Origin: Flectonema sp. DT1601
Taxonomy: Eukaryota
Assembly: GCA_964019425.1 (NCBI GenBank)
Contig: OZ025793.1
Span: forward strand, 248,001 to 312,000
DNA: 64,000 nucleotides
Reading direction: 5' to 3'
The position numbers and the translations under genes were made by a program. Below the pieces are notes generated by a model that searched no databases, was not told the origin of the DNA, and was given only the letters and a program-made list of their open reading frames with translations. Below are positions 8,365 to 17,677 of this stretch, piece by piece (positions within the stretch are counted from its first letter, which is position 1; each line of letters opens with the position of its first letter).

Positions 8365-11027
8365 TTATATTGGATCTTCGTCAGTCAATTTAAAATATCT
8401 GTTTACGAAATTACTGTATTTCCTTCTCTCAATAATAGACGGGTATTCTGAGGATCCCTGTTTTGTATTCTCTTTTTTGGTTGTGACGCTAAACAATAAA
8501 GTATTATTTGTATTCAATAACATACCTTGTGATCTAATAAGAAATCCTCCCAAGCACTTCTGTAGTCAGACATATTTTCAGAGCTTAATCGCTCTTCTTT
8601 AATTTCTTTGACCAGTTCTTCCTGTTGTTGTTATTGTAAATAATAGCAATGAATATTAATATCAAAACAGGAGGAAAGTTGACCGCATGCGAAGGTTATC
8701 ACGCTAAGCTCAGAGAATGTCAACGCTGTGTAGAATTACGAAAGTATCCGCAACACCCTTTTCGGGATTCGGAGTCCAGTGCCCTGGTATAATTCTATCA
8801 TCATAGCAACAGGAAGATTAAAACAAGTGATTGGAATCTTGGAACAAAGGGAGTATCCTGACTACTGCACTGAAGTGGCAACAGCCAGGGCTGAGGAGTT
8901 CCTCCCCCTCAAAACAAGGCAGAGATTGGTTTTCATGACTCTCGCAACCCTCCAACGCCTCTCAGAGATGTCTTCCCGACGAGAAGGGTTAATTAAAAGT
9001 TGCTCTTTGTTTGTTTTTTCTTCTTTCCATATATTCAGGAATGATCTCCGAAGTGTTTCCCGCTGGAGAGAATACTTTCAACTCAACCCAGCAGAATTGC
9101 ACTCCGTTCTACACGTGAACAGCAGTTTCTCGCAAACTCGACCAGACGAGAATCAAATAATATTATGATCTTTGACAACAGAGAGAGACCTCTGCAGCAC
9201 AACAACAGCTGCAGGTCCTTGGGAGCCGTCACTACGAAAACAGGTTTCAGAGAGAGAGAGTGTGTGTGTGTGTGTGTGTTATTTGATGAAAGAGTATGTA
9301 GGATCACACCAAGGCACAGTAAACACATTTCAGAATAGTGTAGATGTGCTGGTTAAATGTGATTCTTACTTTGCTATTGCGCGGTTGATAATACTGTTGA
9401 ATTGAGATCGGGCTCAGTGCAATCAGCCTGTCCAGCGCTTGCATTAGATTCCCATCACTGTGAGGTCACTTTGATATTTATCAATCTTGGAACAAAGGGA
9501 GTATCCTGACTACTGCACTGAAGTGGCAACAGCCAGGGCTGAGGAGTTCCTCTTCTCAAAACAAGGCAGATTACAGATTGCTTTCACAAAAGCAAGTGAG
9601 TGTACGACACGCAGGCAGATGGCGACAGAAAGCATACAAACGACTACAATGAAGTTGGGAGAGCTCAGAGAATGTCAACGCTGTGTAGAATTAAGAAAGT
9701 ATCCGCAACACCCTTTTCGGGATTCGGAGTCCAGTGCCCTGGTATAATTCTATCATCATAGCAACAGGAAGATTAAAACAAGTGATTGGAATCTTGGAAC
9801 AAAGGGAGTATCCTGACTACTGCACTGAAGTGGCAACAGCCAGGGCTGAGGAGTTCCTCCTCCTCAAAACAAGGCAGAGATTGGTTTTCATGACTCTCGC
9901 AACCCTCCAACGCCTCTCAGAGATGTCTTCCCGACGAGAAGGGTTAATTAAAAGTTGCTCTTTGTTTGTTTTTTCTTCTTTCCATATATTCAGGAATGAT
10001 CTCCGAAGTGTTTCCCGCTGGAGAGAATACTTTCAACTCAACCCAGCAGAATTGCACTCCGTTCTACACGTGAACAGCAGTTTCTCGCAAACTCGACCAG
10101 ACGAGAATCAAATAATATTATGATCTTTGACAACAGAGAGAGACCTCTGCAGCACAACAACAGCTGCAGGTCCTTGGGAGCCGTCACTACGAAAACAGGT
10201 TTCAGAGAGAGAGAGAGAGAGTGTGTGTGTGTGTTATTTGATGAAAGAGTATGTAGGATCACACCAAGGCACAGTAAACACATTTCAGAATAGTGTAGAT
10301 GTGCTGGTTAAATGTGATTCTTACTTTGCTATTGCGCGGTTGATAATACTGTTGAATTGAGATCGGGCTCAGTGCAATCAGCCTGTCCAGCGCGTTTATT
10401 CAATCATGAGATTCGTGAAACTTTTACACCTCAGTTTATGACATCACACAAGTTACGCGAGACATCGTCCCCTTACATTAATTATAATATACGAGAACTA
10501 AACCACAGGTATCTAGGACCTCCTTACGATGCGTTATGAAATTAGTAGTCCACCACATCCTGCCAAGTAAGTCCATTTACTGTTGAAGGAGGCATTAGTA
10601 GAGAATAAAGGACAAAACAAGTGATTGGAATCTTGGAACAAAGGGAGTATCCTGACTACTGCACTGAAGTGGCAACAGCCAGGGCTGAGGAGTTCCTCCT
10701 CCTCAAAACAAGGCAGAGATTGGTTTTCATGACTCTCGCAACCCTCCAACGCCTCTCAGGGATGTCTTCCCGACGAGAAGGGTTAATTAAAAGTTGCTCA
10801 ATATTCTAAAAACAATTAGTCAGAATAAATGACTAAAATAACAGTCAACAAGAAGTACCTAGCTGCATACTAACAGACAGGATCTATACTGATGATGGAA
10901 TGCTTTATATCGAAATTCAAAAAAAAAGAAAACATACTTTCTTCCAATTACGGAATGACAGATCCCTTTGAACACTCGGCCGCATGCCATATAAATATGA
11001 TCTCGTAAGACGTTGAGATCCGTACAT
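8365..11027 (-). CDS. Predicted 3-exon gene of about 92 aa, possibly mitochondrial; intron 1 hosts snoRNA cluster 1. Exons 11027-10938, 8621-8526, 8457-8365
   Basis: Both introns are GTATGT...CAG and phase 0. Spliced product: MYGSQRLTRSYLYGMRPSVQRDLSFRNWKK|EELVKEIKEERLSSENMSDYRSAWEDFLLDHK|GSSEYPSIIERRKYSNFVNRYFKLTDEDPI*. The start is uncertain; an extra GTAAGT..CTAACAG intron candidate lies at 11158-11092. Confidence 0.6.
8707..8808 (-). ncRNA. Box C/D snoRNA CD-1, double guide to LSU rRNA domain IV; further copies at about 9662, 28309, 49021, 53052 and 57083
   Basis: Minus strand reads gcu-AUGAUGA...CAGGGCACUGGACU-CCGA (D')...CAGCGUUGACAUUCU-CUGA-gc with a terminal stem. The guides complement CCAGUGCCCUG and GAAUGUCAAC, adjacent halves of the conserved LSU segment CCCAGUGCUCUGAAUGUCAA. 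Confidence 0.9.
8834..8903 (-). ncRNA. Single-hairpin AGA-box H/ACA snoRNA HA-1; about 18 copies in the window
   Basis: GGAAC/GUUCC basal stem and a 12-bp upper stem CCUGGCUGUUGC/GCAGUAGUCAGG around an internal-loop pocket, then AGA plus 3 nt. Copies at 49991, 54022 and 58053 change a U-A pair to U-G. Target not identified. Confidence 0.85.
8937..8991 (-). ncRNA. Candidate short AGA-box H/ACA snoRNA HA-2; about 15 copies
   Basis: UAACC/GGUUG basal stem, CGUC/GGCG and GGGA/UCUC upper stems, then AGA-NNN. The UCUC>UCCC variant (10731, 27575 copies) converts G-U to G-C. It is short and has no identified target. Confidence 0.55.
9042..9107 (-). ncRNA. AGA-box H/ACA snoRNA HA-3, predicted guide for the LSU pseudouridine equivalent to yeast Psi960; about 10 copies
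   Basis: CGGAGUG/CACUUCG basal stem, GCUGG/CCAGC upper stem, then AGA-UCA. Pocket arms GCAAUUCU and GGGAAAC pair with GUUUCCC-U-C-AGGAU(U/A)GC, 14 nt from the AGA box. Confidence 0.85.
9166..9232 (-). ncRNA. AGA-box H/ACA snoRNA HA-4; about 10 copies
   Basis: UGACGGC/GUUGUCA basal stem, GGACC-UGCAGC/GCUGCA-GA-GGUCU upper stem, pocket CUCCCAA/CUCUCU 14 nt from AGA-UCA. Target not identified. Confidence 0.8.
9324..9462 (-). ncRNA. Candidate long box C/D snoRNA CD-2 with two 5' variants; about 8 copies
   Basis: Variant a reads caca-GUGAUGG...GCGCUGGACAGG-CUGA (D')-uugca-CUGAGC (C'-like)...CAUCUACACUAUU-CUGA-aaugug. Variant b (e.g. 10279-10411) has AUGAUUG. C boxes are degenerate and no target was identified. 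Confidence 0.6.
10509..10575 (-). ncRNA. AGA-box H/ACA snoRNA HA-5; further copies at about 29150, 49872, 53903 and 57934
   Basis: GGACUU/AGGUCC basal stem, GAUGUG-GUGGA/UUCAU-AA-CGCAUC upper stem, pocket ACUUGGCAG/GUAAGG, then AGA-NNN. Confidence 0.75.
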
Positions 11028-11334
11028 AGTAACCAGACCAAATACTGAGTGAAGAAATAGGTAATATGATAGTAAGTAGTAGGTGTTGTTCCTGTTAGTG
11101 AGGAATTAAAGGTGAACGAATGTTTATAATTTCGATTATGTAAGAAGTACTGACTTACGTAGTTCCATCACATTGACGTGATATGATATGAGAAGTGAAA
11201 TACTTTCCCAGACGATGTCGCTCATTATGTTGATGAACTTCAGTAGTTCCCACAACACACACACACACTAGTTGGAGGTCGACCCAAACTAGTGCAGCCA
11301 ATCTAAAAAGACTTCAAATCGGTTAGAAGAATAT

Positions 11335-12736
11335 TTAGGTTCCTGGGTGACTGATGTTGATGTCAGGTCTGTTTACGTAGTGATGGAATTTGCCGCCAAT
11401 CTGGTTTTGTTATTTATTTTTTTTTTTTTTTCCCGTTGTTCTCGGGTAGTAAAAAAGTTTTCAAGTTGAAAAAAAAAAAAAAAAAAAAAATGGATTATAA
11501 GCACAATAAACATACATCACGGATTGTTCCACTTTCGCCACCACCAACGCCAAGATATTGGCGCCAGTTTTTGCGACGGACAACTCGAATTAGCATCAGA
11601 GTTATGTCATCTGGTTTCCCACCTTGAGCATCTTTTGCTTCAACACCTTGCTCTAATAGACCGTAACTGAATGGGGTCATAAATGTTTTAGACTTTGCGT
11701 TTAGTATGCTTGTAGCCAGCATATTCTTAACAACTTCCTTTGGATACATTCTTGGTTGTTCGTTACGCTTGTATTTTGAGAATGGTGTGAGCCAGTTTCC
11801 GTAATCCCCAGTAGTATTAAGAACAAGGTCAGCTCCCTGAATGACTTCACTATTTGGAGTGTTGTCAAAGTACCCATCAGTTCCCATCACAATGATGTCG
11901 TCTTCTTTCAATTTAAATTCTTCTATTGAAGCTTTTTCTGGAGGATCACACACTAAATCTTGTTTTTTATATTTCCTTGGTACAACAGTAAGTTGATATG
12001 GAGTGTTGAATCGGTGAGAAATCTCTCTAGCACGGTAGACAATGTTTCCCTTACGGAACACCATTAAGCCGCTGTCTCCTAAGTTTGCGACCTTTAGAGT
12101 GCCAGTTGCTTTGCCGGAGGATTTTTCATTATTTCTATCGCTGTCAATAGCAGCGATCAGTGCAGTAGTTGACCCTCCGCGAACATCTCCAGATTCTAAA
12201 ACAGCGTCGTAACTTTTACGGAGGAGGTCTAGTGGGCTGGTGTTGTCGCGTTCAAGTTCAGAAATCCGTTTTCCATTTTTCATTAAAGAATTACTAATAT
12301 CACTTGGATCGTAACCAGCTTGTCTCCATGAACCTACTCCATCAGCAACAGCAGCCACTCGTCGATTATTTGAAACAAAGAACGAATCCTCACCACAATC
12401 CAAAGCAACCCATTCAGTTCGTTTCCTCCAAGTGTGTCGTCTGTTAACGAATTCTACACCACTTGGCACAGTCAGCAGATCTTCTCTTGTTCTAGCATAT
12501 TTCCATTTGCTTGTACAAGTTGCCCAAGACTCGAATACCAAGTCATCATCATTTCCTTCACTTTTAGGTGAGACATCTTCTCTCTTTGGGGCGTCAGTAA
12601 AACTAATACTTTCTGTTGGGGTACTCGCTGGTAATCTGAGTGTTATAGATCCTAACCCATCCTTGAAATCTGATAGTGCTTCCTTTACTCTCGTGATGAG
12701 AGGACGGTCTTGAAAATCGTGTACTGCGTGCAACAT
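11335..12736 (-). CDS. PP2C-family phosphatase, PTC7-like; 2 exons (12736-11516, 11400-11335)
   Basis: Motifs GEDSFF, VADGVGSW, GSTTA, ANLGDSG, GTDGYFDN and GGKPDDIT. A GTATGT..AAAACCAG intron at 11515-11401 gives the in-frame tail IGGKFHHYVNRPDINISHPGT*. Confidence 0.9.
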
Positions 12737-13399
12737 AGATACTGCAAACGTATTGGCTGAAAGTAATTAAAATAGATAAGTAATTTGCTATCTGCTATCT
12801 GCGTAGTTTACCTTTTTGGTAATTTCAAAAAAATATATTTCTGCTACAAACATCGGTGCACGAAACTGGAGAACAGAAACAGGACAGGTGGGTGGTGGTT
12901 GAGTTATTTTCTTTTTTTTTTTATTTTTTTTTTTTCTGCAAATTATTTCATTTTTTTTTTTTTTTTATATGTATATTTTTTCCGTAATGTTCCTCCTTTT
13001 TAAAAGAATTTCAGTAAACACGAATGCTGCAATTCATTGTCATTGTTTTCAACAAGAGACAATGCAGGTGCTAGGCTCTCACTTTTTGAGATTCATTCAT
13101 CGATCACACAGATATGTCATAGTTGGAAGACGTTCCTTCCTCTTGCTATATAACACAAAAAAAAAAAAAGATTCCAAATGACACACTTAGGGAGTCGGTG
13201 TGTTATCGAAGTTTAAATCTCTCTTTGTATCGGTAACATATGGTAGTGGTAGCCTACCTAAAAGCTGAAACATCCGCATAAAAAACATTTATTCATTCAT
13301 TCGTTTTTTTTTTGTTTTTTTTTTCTTGTTTTTTTTTTAATAGCCTCACTGGAATTCAATGCAAAGTGTTCGTGTACTTTGCTGAAGTGGATGCCCGGC

Positions 13400-13810
13400 T
13401 TAGGATTCCCGAACCTCGACAACGTTCTCTACTTCACCAGTTTGAAAGTCTTTTATGTCATTCAAACTGAGCGGGTCGATTAGAATTTTGTTTTTTAGGA
13501 AAAGTTGATGGCTGCCGTAATCAACTTTGTGTTCATCTTCCAACCAGATTTTCAAAAACTGCACTGTCTGTCCATGAGGAAATGTTTCTACTAATTCAGT
13601 ATTATTCGGTAACACGAACTTAATTAATACACCAGCTCCTGCCAGTTCTTTCTCAGTCTTTTCCATTTCCTCAAATCGTTTTCCTTCAAATCCATTTCCC
13701 TCTCCTCCACTTTCTTTTGGCTCTTCGCCCTCCGTAGGTCTTGGAGGAGCTTCCCAATCTGACGAGCTCTCTGTGGAGCTGTAAGTATCAGAATCAGCTT
13801 TATTACTCAT
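13400..13810 (-). CDS. Small protein with acidic N-terminus and C-terminal ubiquitin-like domain
   Basis: IKFVLPN..ETF..GQTVQFLK..HQLFLKNKILIDPLSLND fits a beta-grasp/UBL pattern. Confidence 0.75.
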   Translation of the reverse strand: MSNKADSDTYSSTESSSDWEAPPRPTEGEEPKESGGEGNGFEGKRFEEMEKTEKELAGAGVLIKFVLPNNTELVETFPHGQTVQFLKIWLEDEHKVDYGSHQLFLKNKILIDPLSLNDIKDFQTGEVENVVEVRES

Positions 13811-14809
13811 ATTTTAGTTTAGTTTGTTGCCTGAGAGATTCCTTAGATAATGTTATTAATAGTTTTTAAAAAAAAAAAGTTAGAAACAAACAGCCATGAC
13901 CGCATTAACAGAAAAAACTAAAGCAGCAACCAATGCCGTTATCCACCAGAATGTAGTAAACGTTATGTTTTTTTGTTTTTCTTTTTTTTCTTTTTCTCTT
14001 GGTTCCCGACTGTGCTTGCCTTGCACTCAGATTTACCTTGGATTCCAAGAATACACTTTTCATTTTGTTCTTCCTATTTTTTTTTTTTTTTTTTTTTTTT
14101 TTTGATTGCTCGTAAGATCATCAGCTATTATTTTTTTTTATACAAGCTCCCAATGGAGGGCGCAGTCGGTATTCGCACCGCCCGACATAAAGTGTTTTCA
14201 AAGCGGTGTGTCAAAACAAAAAAAAAAAAAAAAAAAAAAAAAAAGTATATGGGGTGTTACTCATAAGTAAAACAATCAAAGAAACGGACAACAATTTTTT
14301 ATATAGATCCCCACTACCCCCCAACTCCTGCAACCAGAAACAGCTCTTCAGCTAGCTGTTCGCTGACGCCTGCGTAAGTGAAACCGCTGCCGAAGGTATA
14401 AGTAAGGAGATTTGGGACTCGTTTGGGCAACAATAGGAGAATACACGCAATGGGGGGAAAAACTAAAAAAAAAATAAAAAAAAAACTATTAAAAAAAAAA
14501 CTGAAACCCACTAGTGAGCTGCTAAAATTTTATTTTTACAACAAGAATTCCCTTGTAGAAGGAGAAAAAAAAAAACAGAAAATAGATCATTAGTGCCCAA
14601 AAACTGCATCTTTCAAAAACAAGAATCCATCCCCACAAGACGACTCAAGGTAAAAAATCATACAGGGATAAGACTAACCACAATCAAAATAGAAGAAAAA
14701 TAAATAATAACAATCCCCCGAGCAAGCATCACAAGCCAAGGATATTGATATTTGATAGGAACAAAAAAAAAAAAACACCACAACACCCGCTACTACGACA
14801 GGAAAGTAA

Positions 14810-14844
<35 letters not shown>

Positions 14845-15389
14845 AACAGTACAATATGTCCTTAAGGCACCAAAAAACAACAACAGCTGTCCTTTTATAG
14901 CTAAGCCGTAGGCATCCTTAAGGCACGTGATTAAATAAAAACGGGATTAAAGAAAAAGAGGGGGGGTGAAAAGAAGAGAGGGGGTGAAAAAAAACTTGGC
15001 AGTGTAACAAATCATACAATATAAGATATAAAAGAAAAAACGCATTCCCCTAACCAAAGCCACTGATTCCTCGAAAATCAGTACGTGCCAGTCAGCAATA
15101 AGTTTGCCATGGCGACATTCTATAACCGAATTCTGGTGCAGTTTAAGAAAAACAGGGAGGGGGGGTGAAAACAAAAAAAAAAAAAAAAAAAAAAGACAAA
15201 TGCAAGACGCGGGGTTCCAAAATATATAACCACAACAACATGCAACGAAGCTACGGAGCTGTCAATGAGCTTTTTTTTATTACGTTTTTGGTTATACACA
15301 GCAGCAACATCGAGGTGGAACTGTCCCTAAGACCTAATGGCCTGTATTATTGACCTACAGCTACTCGAGACTGTGAATGAAAAGACCGA

Positions 15390-17060
15390 CTAAAAGTACT
15401 TATCGAAGAAATCATTTCCCTTATCGTCGACAATGATAAAAGCTGGGAAGTTCTCAACGTCAATCTTCCAGACTGCTTCCATTCCGAGTTCTGGCATGTC
15501 GAGAACTTCAACTTTTCTAATGTTATTTCTAGCAAGGATTGCTGCAGGTCCTCCAACTGAACCGAGATAGAATCCTCCGTGTTTCTTACAAGCTCTAGTA
15601 ACTGCTTTTGAACGGTTACCCTTCGCCAGACTGATCATTGATCCACCAACACCCATGAAAGTATCAAGGTAAGGATCCATTCTAGCTGCTGTTGTTGGTC
15701 CAAATGATCCCGAAGGTAATCCTTCAGGTGTTTTAGCTGGACCTGCGTAGTAAATCATGTGGTCTTTGAAGTACGAAGGAATGTCTCCTTCCTTTTCAAG
15801 TTTTTCTTGAATCTTTGCATGTGCAATATCCCTAGCCACAATCAACGTACCTGATAATGATAGACGAGTAGCAACAGGGTACTGACTGAGTAGCTTTCTT
15901 ATTTCATCCATCGGCATATTTAAATCAACCTGTACCACTTCACCACCAGAACTCTCACTTTCATCGATTGTTGGTAAGAATCGAGTTGGGTCTTTTTCAA
16001 GAGCTTCTAAAAAGACACCTTCCTTAGTAATCTTTCCTTTAATTTGTCTATCAGCACTACAAGAAACACCCATACCAACAGGACATGATGCTCCATGACG
16101 TGGGAGTCGGACGACTCTAACGTCGTGACAGAAATACTTACCTCCGAATTGAGCACCCATACCAAGGTCTCGAGTCATTTGTAGGATTTCTGCCTCCCAT
16201 TCTAAGTCTCGGTAAGCTCTGCCGTGTTCATTTCCGGTAGTTGGGAGACTGTCCAGGTATCTCGCACTTGCAAGTTTCACAGTTTTCAAATTCATCTCCG
16301 CAGACAACCCTCCCACAACAAAAGCTAAATGGTATGGAGGACACGCTGCTGTTCCTAAAGTTCTGATGTTCTCATCAAGAAACTTTTTCAAAGCATTTCT
16401 ATTAAGTAACGCTTTAGTTTTTTGGTATAAAAATGTCTTATTTGCTGAACCTCCTCCCTTCGCCATGAACAAGAACTCATACGAGTTTCCCTTCGTAGCG
16501 TAAAGTTCGATTTGAGCAGGTAAGTTTGTTCCAGTGTTCTGTTCTTTGAACATGTCGATAGGAGTTACTTGAGAATAGCGAAGATTCTTTTTAGTATAAG
16601 TGTTGTAGACACCTCTGGAAAGATGCTCTGCGTCGTTTCCTTCAACTAAACAGTTCTGTCCTCTCTTTCCCATGATGATTGCTGTTCCTGTATCTTGACA
16701 TGAAGGAAGTACTCCTTCAGCTGCAATGACGCTGTTCTTTAAAAGCTCCATTGCAACAAAACGATCATTCGCAGTAGCTTCATCGTCATCAATAATACCA
16801 CGAAGTTGTTTTAAGTGACCGGGTCTTAACAAATGACTGACGTCAACCATCGCTTGTTCAGATAGTTTTGTAAGAGCTTCACCAGATACTTTTAAATATT
16901 CCTCTCCTTCGATATTAATCGTTGATATGCCTTCTTTAGTGATTAATTTGTAAGGAGTTTTATCTCCTTCAACAGCCTCCATTACCTCTTGATATACGAA
17001 AGGCTTACATGATATGAAGCGCGCTTGTTTGAACAAACCAAAGCGAGAGATGCGAATCAT
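15390..17060 (-). CDS. fumA: Class I (Fe-S) fumarate hydratase with a probable mitochondrial presequence
   Basis: Motifs [46 protein letters not shown] and GPTT. N-terminus [15 protein letters not shown] is Arg-rich. Confidence 0.97.
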   Translation of the reverse strand: MIRISRFGLFKQARFISCKPFVYQEVMEAVEGDKTPYKLITKEGISTINIEGEEYLKVSGEALTKLSEQAMVDVSHLLRPGHLKQLRGIIDDDEATANDRFVAMELLKNSVIAAEGVLPSCQDTGTAIIMGKRGQNCLVEGNDAEHLSRGVYNTYTKKNLRYSQVTPIDMFKEQNTGTNLPAQIELYATKGNSYEFLFMAKGGGSANKTFLYQKTKALLNRNALKKFLDENIRTLGTAACPPYHLAFVVGGLSAEMNLKTVKLASARYLDSLPTTGNEHGRAYRDLEWEAEILQMTRDLGMGAQFGGKYFCHDVRVVRLPRHGASCPVGMGVSCSADRQIKGKITKEGVFLEALEKDPTRFLPTIDESESSGGEVVQVDLNMPMDEIRKLLSQYPVATRLSLSGTLIVARDIAHAKIQEKLEKEGDIPSYFKDHMIYYAGPAKTPEGLPSGSFGPTTAARMDPYLDTFMGVGGSMISLAKGNRSKAVTRACKKHGGFYLGSVGGPAAILARNNIRKVEVLDMPELGMEAVWKIDVENFPAFIIVDDKGNDFFDKYF

Positions 17061-17677
17061 ATTATTCGATTTTTTTTTATACTGAAAAAAAAAAAAAAAA
17101 AAAAAAAGTCATTTTAGAAAATAGCAGCTGTAGACGAACACTCTGCAATTAACGTAATAAAAGGTTTCTAACTTTTGCTGCATACACATTCTCTTTTTTT
17201 TCTGTAGTGTCATGTAGTGCAGAAATTAATCGTGAGCTGAACCATATTAATCGAACTTATGTACTGAAAGGTGGAGGGGGGAGTACGGGTGTTTATTTAA
17301 CCATATTCAAAACATAAAAACCTTAACATATTCAAAAGATAAATGTAATCAGAATCACCAGGTGTTTGTAGCTCACTGTCGGAGTTTCCGAAAAAAAAAA
17401 AAAAAAAAAAAGAAGAACCACAAACACCGTGGTTTTTAACGATATCAACGGTTTCTCTTATGAAATAGGACAGACAATTCACCACCTCCTAAAGTAGTGA
17501 AATGATACCAGTGAGAACATAAAGGATAGAATCCAACTATTGGGGATGGGACAAAGTCAACAAACGAATTGAAAATAACAAGCCTATAGAGTAAGAGTAA
17601 TAATGCTACACTGTCGCAATCATCTTTCGTTTGTAAAACATGAATTAAAAAGATCAACTCACTGAAGGGTTAACATA

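Larger units (their letters stand above)
8707..10799 (-). repeat. snoRNA cluster 1 (intronic); internal tandem period of 955 bp
   Basis: Sequence at 8779 recurs at 9734. It is near-identical to 27472-30000 and 48655-58222. Contains the C/D and AGA-box RNAs listed below. Confidence 0.9.

Noticed and set aside
10420..10475. Additional C/D RNA (GUGAUGU...CUGA on the minus strand)
   Set aside because: The boxes are only about 6 nt apart and there is no convincing upstream C box or terminal stem.
8779..10809. Repeated plus-strand ORFs (MPWYNSIII..., MTTERDL..., MRSGSV...) as a protein family or transposon genes
   Set aside because: They mostly have non-ATG starts, lie opposite the gene-bearing strand, and shift frame with microsatellite length. 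They show no RT or transposase motifs, and the sequence is explained by minus-strand snoRNAs.
12785..15380. Poly-Lys/poly-Phe ORFs here (outside the real gene at 13400-13810) and at 21.9-24.0, 32.1-33.9, 43.6-43.9 and 60.8-62.2 kb
   Set aside because: They are translations of poly(A)/poly(T) tracts in UTR or intergenic DNA.
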